The notes under the pieces were generated by a model. The model had not been told where the DNA came from. It worked only from the letters and a program-made list of their open reading frames with translations, and searched no databases. Positions 56,764 to 64,000 of a stretch of DNA of 64,000 bases are shown here, piece by piece (position 1 is the first letter of the stretch; every line of letters starts with the position of its first letter). A program made the position numbers and the translations under genes. This stretch comes from Camelus ferus (Eukaryota). The stretch covers positions 7,130,001 through 7,194,000 of the forward strand of contig NC_045713.1 of NCBI RefSeq assembly GCF_009834535.1, given 5' to 3'.

Positions 56764-59637
56764 TTAAGGCCCTTCACTCTCCGCAGTGTGGACTCTCTGA
56801 TGTTTGGAAAGATTTGACTTACTGCAGAAGGTTTTCCCACAACTATTACACCAGTAGGGCTTTTCCCCGGTGTGGATTCTATGGTGTTTATTAAAATTTG
56901 AGCTGTGGTTAAAGGCCTTCCCACACTCCTTACATTTATACGGCTTCTCTCCAGTGTGGAGCCTCTGATGAGAACTCAGGCCTGCGTGCTGACTAAAGCT
57001 CTTCCCACACTCGTTACACTGATACGGCTTCTCCCCGGTGTGTATTCGATAATGTCGAATGAGGCTGCCTTTCCCGCTGAAAGCTTTTCCACAATCTTTA
57101 CACTGATAAGGTGCCTCCTCAGTGTGCATTCGCTGATGTTTAAGGAGGTCCGAGCTCTGACCGAAGGCTTTTCCACACTTACAGTCATAGGGCCGGTCTA
57201 CCAAGTGTGTTCTGTAGTGAAGGGTCAGGTTTGAGCTGTGGCTGAAAGCTTTCCCACATTTGGTGCACACGTATGGTTTCTCCCCAGTGTGTGTTCTCCG
57301 GTGTTTAGTGAGATTTGAGCTATTACTAAAGGCCTTCCCACACTCAGCACATATGTAACGTCTCTCTCCTGGAGCAGGTTTAGTAATTAATTCTCTACCT
57401 TTTGGGGAACCTTTGTCTTGGAGAGGGGATTTTGTCCCTCTTTCCTTTTCAAGACTTACCCACTGCCTTTCTAACCTGGCCTCACACTTATTGGCAATAA
57501 TCATGGGAATACTGTCCCTGACGAATCCTTCTGCATGAGATTCTTCAGAACCTTCCTGCTTATCTGTTGATTCCTCATTCTGGGTGTTCAATTCACAATC
57601 TGAAACAATAAGGAAATAGGACATGTCAGTTGTTTCCTGTTCTGAGAAGAAGCTGTTAAATGAGAACTAAAATCACCAGGTGACACTGGCGGATTCTAAA
57701 GGGTAACCAAGTATCGCTCTATGAAGTCACAATATCACACTGACACACGTTAAGTCATCGTCAAATCTAGTTTACAATGCCAGACTTTCGCACAAGTCCC
57801 CTAGCAGACACTATTATGGTCTGAGGAGTACGTGGCTATCTCTGCCAGGAGAACTTCACACACAGAGGGCAGTCAGGAAAAACCAAGCATGCTGGGGCAG
57901 CGGCAAAGGAGATGGGTGATGCTCAGGCAGAAAGAAGCAAGCAAGAAAGACTGTAGAGGGTCAAAGTTGATTAAGGAAAATAAAAAGAATGATTAAGGAA
58001 GAGGAGGCTAGTGGCAAACTCACATTTCACCAGGCAGTTGTACTTCTTAAAAGTCCATCTAACTGCCCACATACACAGAAAAGTGGAGTAAGAGAAATTT
58101 ACACTGAAAAACGGGCTCCCTTTGAGAAGTGTCACCCCTCCGCAAGTCCAAAAGCTTTGATCAACTAGGTACTTTCCCTGAACCCCTTTCTCCTCGTCCC
58201 TGTCTCTCTCCGCACCCGACCACCTTCCTTCCTCTGCTGTCAGAGCTTCCAGGCCCACCCCTCCTCACTGCCTGCGTGACTGCAGCGGCAGCAGCTAAAA
58301 CTGCTTCCAGCCTCCATGACGAGCAACCACGTGGCTACATGGACAGGTTTCCCTCCAAGTTGCCAAGAACTATGTGTGGGAAACAATTAACCTCTTAAGA
58401 GTTAAACATTTTAAATGGCCTAATGAGGCAGAAGTTGGAAAAGAATTTACCAGGGACCATTTCTGCATAATCCAAAAATGATTATAGCAGGTTCACTAAG
58501 TCATGAACAAATGAACCAGTACCACCTCTTACTGGTTCATTCACCTGTCCTCACCTCCTTTATTAAAAGCTCACTTCAACTCTCCCTTTATGAGGGTGTC
58601 ATCTGTTCCCACGCCAGGACTCTGTGACACTCCGAGGGAGGAAAGGTACTCATTCTGCCTCGTCAGCCAGACCCGTCGAGTCAGTCTAGGGGGTCACCCC
58701 ACAACCAGGGATTAGTTATTGTTTCTTCAACCACAAAAGCCTGGGGCACTGAGCAGCAGCCCAACAGATGGTCCACACCTTGAATCTTTCTCAGCTCTGG
58801 AGTGAGATCCTGTTCTTCACCAGTCTCTTGGATGTAGAGGGGACCCCAAGACTCGTATCTGTGACTGGTCTCCACAGACTGTGCCTCTGGGCTGCTCAGG
58901 GATCCCTTCATGGTTCCTGAAGATGACATCTTCTCCCACGACTGTTTCTGTTCACTTGGAGGCGGTGAGGCCTAGAGACAATCAGGAGTGGCTGGGTCTG
59001 TGCACAGCTCATTTTAAAAACCAGAATGAAAGAAAATCTCTGGAGAGCTATGTAGAACCTCTAGGAAAAGAAAAAGAAAAAAAAAATCCATCCCACTCAA
59101 TTCCCAAGGGCAATTCCCTAATTCCACCTAGGACAGCAGAAGAAAAATAGGAAGAAGCTGGTCTGACTCAGCAGGCGGTCATTCAGCTATTCTAACCGTG
59201 GGCAAACCAGCTCCCAATCTCACAGAATAAAAGGTCCCCCAGCCCACCTGCTGTGCTGGCTCATCCAGTTCTCGCTCCAGGTCTTCCAGCAGAGTGACGG
59301 CCTCTTCAGCACTCTNNNNNNNNNNNNNNNNNNNNNNNNNNNNNNNNNNNNNNNNNNNNNNNNNNNNNNNNNNNNNNNNNNNNNNNNNNNNNNNNNNNNN
59401 NNNNNNNNNNNNNNNNNNNNNNNNNNNNNNNNNNNNNNNNNNNNNNNNNNNNNNNNNNNNNNNNNNNNNNNGGCCTGGCGTGTCATGGTACCCAAACTGC
59501 CTGAAGCGCTGGCGGAACAGCTCCAGGCTGGGAAGGCACTTCCCTCTCTCCTCCTCCTCAACCTTCACAATCACAGGCCCCTGCTCCCGTGGAGGCCTAG
59601 GGCCCAGGACGGTGGCCATGCTCAGCACCTTGGTCAT
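56764..59637 (-). CDS. ZSCAN21: Zinc finger and SCAN domain-containing protein 21, about 472 aa (SCAN + 7 C2H2 fingers)
   Basis: Exons (minus): 59637-59248 (acceptor 59730; [22 protein letters not shown]...[19 protein letters not shown], core in N-run 59316-59471), 58971-58779, 57599-56764; sum 1419 nt. Fingers [23 protein letters not shown]...[23 protein letters not shown]. The non-coding exon 1 is probably beyond the window. Confidence 0.93.
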
Positions 59638-60044
59638 CACACAGGCACTCCAGAGACTGAAGCTGGGGTTCTGTGTAGCAGGAGTACTGGTTCCTTCGGG
59701 TTTCTGGTTCTTTAGGGCTACACGTTAAACCTATGAAAATACGGTTACCATAACATTAGCAAAAAAAAAGGTATGCTTTTTGGTGTTTACAGCCACACCT
59801 TTAGCACAAGAAATTGTGGAAATTATGGCCACCATAAAACTACCATATAACAATGACAGTCAGAATCTTTCTGGAGTCAGCTCAGGATATCCTGCTTTGA
59901 TCTGACTTTGTCTCCACTCTCCAAAAAAGTGCACTGTGGCTCAATTCCAATCTTGTGTATATATTCACAGGAAATGAAAATGCTAATTCAAAAATACACA
60001 AAATACACATGCTAGCCACTATACATAAAAATAGGTTAAAAAAA

Positions 60045-60810
60045 ATTTTTTTGTATAGCACAGGGAACTATGTTCAGTATCTTGTAATAACCCTTAATTG
60101 AAAAAAATATGAAAATGAATATATGTATGTATATGCATGACTGGGACATTGTACTGTACACCAGAGATTAACACATTGTAATTGATNNNNNNNNNNNNNN
60201 NNNNNNNNNNNNNNNNNNNNNNNNNNNNNNNNNNNNNNNNNNNNNNNNNNNNNNNNNNNNNNNNNNNNNNNNNNNNNNNNNNNNNNNNNNNNNNNNNNNN
60301 NNNNNNNNNNNNNNNNNNNNNNNNNNNNNNNNNNNNNNNNNNNNNNNNNNNNNNNNNNNNNNNNNNNNNNNNNNNNNNNNNNNNNNNNNNNNNNNNNNNN
60401 NNNNNNNNCTGCAACAACATGGATGGACTTGCAGGGTACTGTGCTTAGTGAAATAAGTCAGAGAAAGACAGATATTGTATGTTATCACGTACATGTGAAA
60501 TCTAAAAAACAAAACAAACTAGTGAATAACAAAAAAGAAACAGACTCACAGATACAGAAAAGAAACTAGTGGTTACCAGTGGGAAAGAGGTAAAAAGAAG
60601 GAGCAAGATGGCGGTAGAAAATTAAGAGGTACAAACTACTATGTATAAAAGAAATAAGCTACAAGGATTATTATTGTACAGCAGAGGGAATACAGACAAT
60701 ATTTTATAATAACTATAAATGGAGTATAATCTTTAATAGTTGTGAATCACTATGTTGTACACCTGTAACTTACATAATATTATAAATCAAATATACCTCA
60801 ATTTAAAAAA
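60045..60810 (+). mobile_element. L1 3' fragments (camelid-type tail 60045-60186; second L1 3' end 60409-60810) around N-run 60187-60408
   Basis: gtatagcacagggaactatgttcagtatc...gcatgactgggacattg; then gcaacaacatggatggacttgcagggt...agtgaaataagtcagagaaagac...gaatcactatgttgtacacctg. Confidence 0.88.
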
Positions 60811-62424
60811 TGCACCATGGCATAATTTTAAAATTAAATTTAAATTAACCTTGCTCCAAAACTTGTTTCAGAATCTTAGAACTCCCGAGATCTCAACAGG
60901 CCATCTACTGGCCAAATGCAATCTGTCTAAACCTACAACTTTTAGCTTCAGCATTAAAAATTTACTAGTCAAGTGACTGGACTAGTCAGCATAACCAGAA
61001 GTCATGTTAGAAGGCTAGACTAACTAGCGTATTTGTAAACAATTGAGCATAATCAGGGATGTAACTTGAGCTGCACTTGACCCATTTTAAGAGGAGCACA
61101 CTCATGTTTTTAAATGCCCTTTACGTTTAGCTTTCACAGAAGGGCAAGTGGAATGACAGATTAGACTAAAAGTAACCTGTGTTCTGTCAGAGGTATTTCT
61201 TTTGATGAGATACTGCTGAGAAGAAACTGAAGGGAAAAATTAAATCACAATTGACGATACAAACCAAAAAATGTTCAAAAGTATTATTTCTTTTAAATTT
61301 TAAATATTCTAGGTATTTCAGTCAGTTGACACATTAGAATACTGAAAACATCTGTAGTAAATATAATTACTTCCTGTTTCTTCATTTGCCAAAAAAGTGA
61401 GATCTATCCACTCAACACTTGCTGAATAGCTGCAATGGGCCGGATGCCAGGACGGCAGGGATGCACGAGAAAGACACATCCCTACCCTCACAGAGCTTTC
61501 AGGCTGGAGTCAGGCGCTGGGGGGAAGCGGGGAGGGAAAAGTGAGTAGACAGACAACAGACTCAGTCTGTCACTACTGGCATTCACTAACCATACATTTT
61601 GAAAGAAAACTACTTAAGTTAGTTAATCTTACAGGCTTGTGACTGGCCTTCCTGGTGAGCATGTTTTCAAACTCTAAGCAGCATCTTTCCCACCACATAG
61701 GTGTTCCCACACTGGATTTGAATAATCTAGATCAGGAAAGCCCCAGTAGTCTCAATAAAGAGCCAAACACATAAAAATCTACGTGGGTGCTCGTTACATG
61801 ACATTACATAGATAACAATGGTAGAGACCATAAAAAGGATGTATAAATAGTTTATAAAAGCTGAAGATGAGGGAATAGGAGTTGCAGACAATCTAAATTT
61901 AAGGCGTTTAAAAACTTGCTCATTTCTAACATGCATGTCAATCTCCATGGATCTGGCTTGATAGCACTTGAAATATCAAGTCTCACACACTCATAATATT
62001 TACACAATCACACTGAAAGGAACAGGAAAAATCACTAAAAGTGAAATTTCTGGGTTACAGAATAATGGATGATTTCAATTTTTTTAACTCTTTTTTTTGA
62101 CTTCCCAATTTTCCTATAATGGGTATTATTACTTTTGTAACCAGAAAATCATAAAATCTTTAAAGGGATCATAAAACAATTTTTAGCAAACAAAACAGAT
62201 TTTATTTCTAATGCCCCAACTTCATGGCCTTCAAAGAAAAGCCCAAGAAAACAAAAAAGCAGCAATTCCAGCCCATGCAGAACCTCCCCAAAAAGGTACA
62301 TTTATGTTACAGCTGTATTAAAAATGTGTATTTTCTATGACTATTCCCCTTTGTTTACTTTTGTGACCAATTTTGGTAATTAAAAACATACAAAATGGGA
62401 TTCTAGGAATAAAAGCTTAATACA

Positions 62425-62520
62425 CAAATGTACATGTATAACTGAATCACTTTGCTGTCCACGTGAAACTAACATTGTAAATTGACTACACTTCAATAAA
62501 AAATAAGAATTAAAAAAAAA
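62425..62520 (+). mobile_element. Very short L1 3' terminus with A tail
   Basis: atgtataactgaatcactttgctgtccacgtgaaactaacattgtaaattgactacacttcaataaaaaa. Confidence 0.8.
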
Positions 62521-63329
62521 AACCCTTAATATGCAGCCTTGCTTTTACAAGAAAGTAATTATCAGCTAATTAGTTCAGAATTCTAGGGATGCTAGCTGGG
62601 ACTTCCCTCCACCAATTCTGAAGCACCCTATGATGTGCCAATAGGTATTCTGACACAGTGGACCAGAATCAGCATGAAACACTCCCTTATGCTGTCCTCT
62701 GCGTCCAATACACTGCTGAAGCTCCCAAGTTCAGGATTACTTGAAAACTGACCCAGGGGAGAGGCACAGCCATTTAGCCTCTTAAAATAAAGGCACTAGC
62801 ACCAAATGCTAAAATAACCTAAATATAAAGGTAGTAGTGCTGGGAGCATTCCTTAGAAATGCTTCCAAGGGGACTTCCTAAGTGTTGGAATAACTTTACA
62901 TAACTGGTTACAAATTTTCCCACTCTATCCAGAGGAGGGCACCCCAAGAACAAAAAAGACTTGGAACTTGTTTGGGCAGCTCAGCTTCTGGGATCCAGCC
63001 TGGGAAACTCAGCAAGACACTAGGAGTTATAATGCAGGCAGGCAGCATTAAACAGGGAGTCTCCTATTATCACCTTCATGCGGGATCTGTTCCCAAAACT
63101 TAGTAAGTCCCAACTCAGAGCTGCCACTGTACCACATGACGGCCTTTACAAAAACACATACACAGTCACAATTAAAGAATACAAAGTTTCCCTAGATGCT
63201 GCTGCTTGGCAACCAGCTGGGCTGGCTCACCAGCTCAGTGATTTATTCTACGTACCAGTTTCGTAGTGCCCAACAGTGCAAATTCACACCCCAGAGAGGC
63301 CACAGACAAGTGGAAGACTGGGTGCTTGG

Positions 63330-63870
63330 ACCCTTACTGCACTCACGCTCCTTGGAGGTTTCATCCAGTCACCTGGCTTTAATTACCATCTATATATTCA
63401 CAACAGCCAATTTATCTCCAGCCTGGACCTCTCTTCTGAACTCCAGATTCATACAACCAGTATGTCTTACGTATTTCAAGCTTAACATGCCTGAAACTGC
63501 ACTTCCCATCTTTCCACCAAAGCTGCTCAACTCCGTTAATGGCAACTCCATTGTTTTGTTTTTTTGGACCAAAAGAAACCCAGTCATCTGACTTCTTCAC
63601 ATCTACACAAAATTCATGAGCAAATCCTATTAGCTCTGCATCTGAGAGATTCAGAGTTCAGCTACTTCTCACTACCTCCAACACTGTTGTCCCAGCCCAT
63701 CATATCTTGCCTGTTACACACAAATCAGATAACAACATTCCTCTGCTCACACCTTTCAAGGCTTCGTCTCTCAAACAGGGTAATACCCAAAATCACAAGG
63801 CCAACAAGGCCTCAAAGATCTCAGACCCTGTTGCCTCTCTGACCTCATCTTGTCCCTCTCTTCCACCTAA
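63330..63870 (+). mobile_element. L2a-like fragment
   Basis: catccagtcacctggctttaattaccatcta...ccagcctggacctctcttctgaactccaga...caagcttaacatgcctgaaactg...gttgcctctctgacctcatct. Confidence 0.8.
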
Positions 63871-64000
63871 CAGACTGGCAAAGTTTTGTTTTTGTTTTTT
63901 TTTTTTTGATAATGTTCTATCCACTGTGCCCCACACCCTCACCCCAACCCGAGTAAAGCCAGTATGAGGTTATGCTGAGTTGTCTAAAGATTCCTTTAGG

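Noticed and set aside
56905-57234. Antisense ORFs opposite the zinc-finger arrays (also 44361-44945)
   Set aside because: C2H2 arrays routinely give open antisense frames because of codon periodicity.

Overview
Mammalian genomic DNA, most likely a camelid (Vic-1-like tRNA-Ala-derived SINEs and camelid-style L1 3' tails). The window is the conserved gene-dense block syntenic to human 7q22.1, shown in reverse orientation: CNPY4(-) <> TAF6(+) >< AP4M1(-) <> MCM7(+, hosting the miR-106b~93~25 cluster in intron 13) >< COPS6(-) ... ZNF3(+) >< ZSCAN21(-). All seven CDSs could be spliced by hand with GT-AG junctions and intact frames, apart from segments hidden in N-runs. Intergenic DNA is mostly old and lineage-specific transposons (L1, L2, MIR, MaLR/ERVL, hAT, SINE). 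I see no previously undescribed multi-gene system, and no CRISPR, rRNA or true tRNA genes. The best second-look items are: a U12-type (minor spliceosome) first intron in AP4M1; the TAF6-delta donor plus a second in-frame duplicated donor in TAF6 exon 6; probably overlapping TAF6/AP4M1 3' ends; an inverted pair of ZNF143/THAP11 motifs; cryptic acceptors between miR-93 and miR-25; a SINE re-inserted into another SINE's target-site duplication; a Phe-to-Ser change at a conserved CNPY4 position; and N-runs whose lengths match orthologous coding sequence exactly. Ortholog comparisons and repeat-family names are from memory, not from searches.
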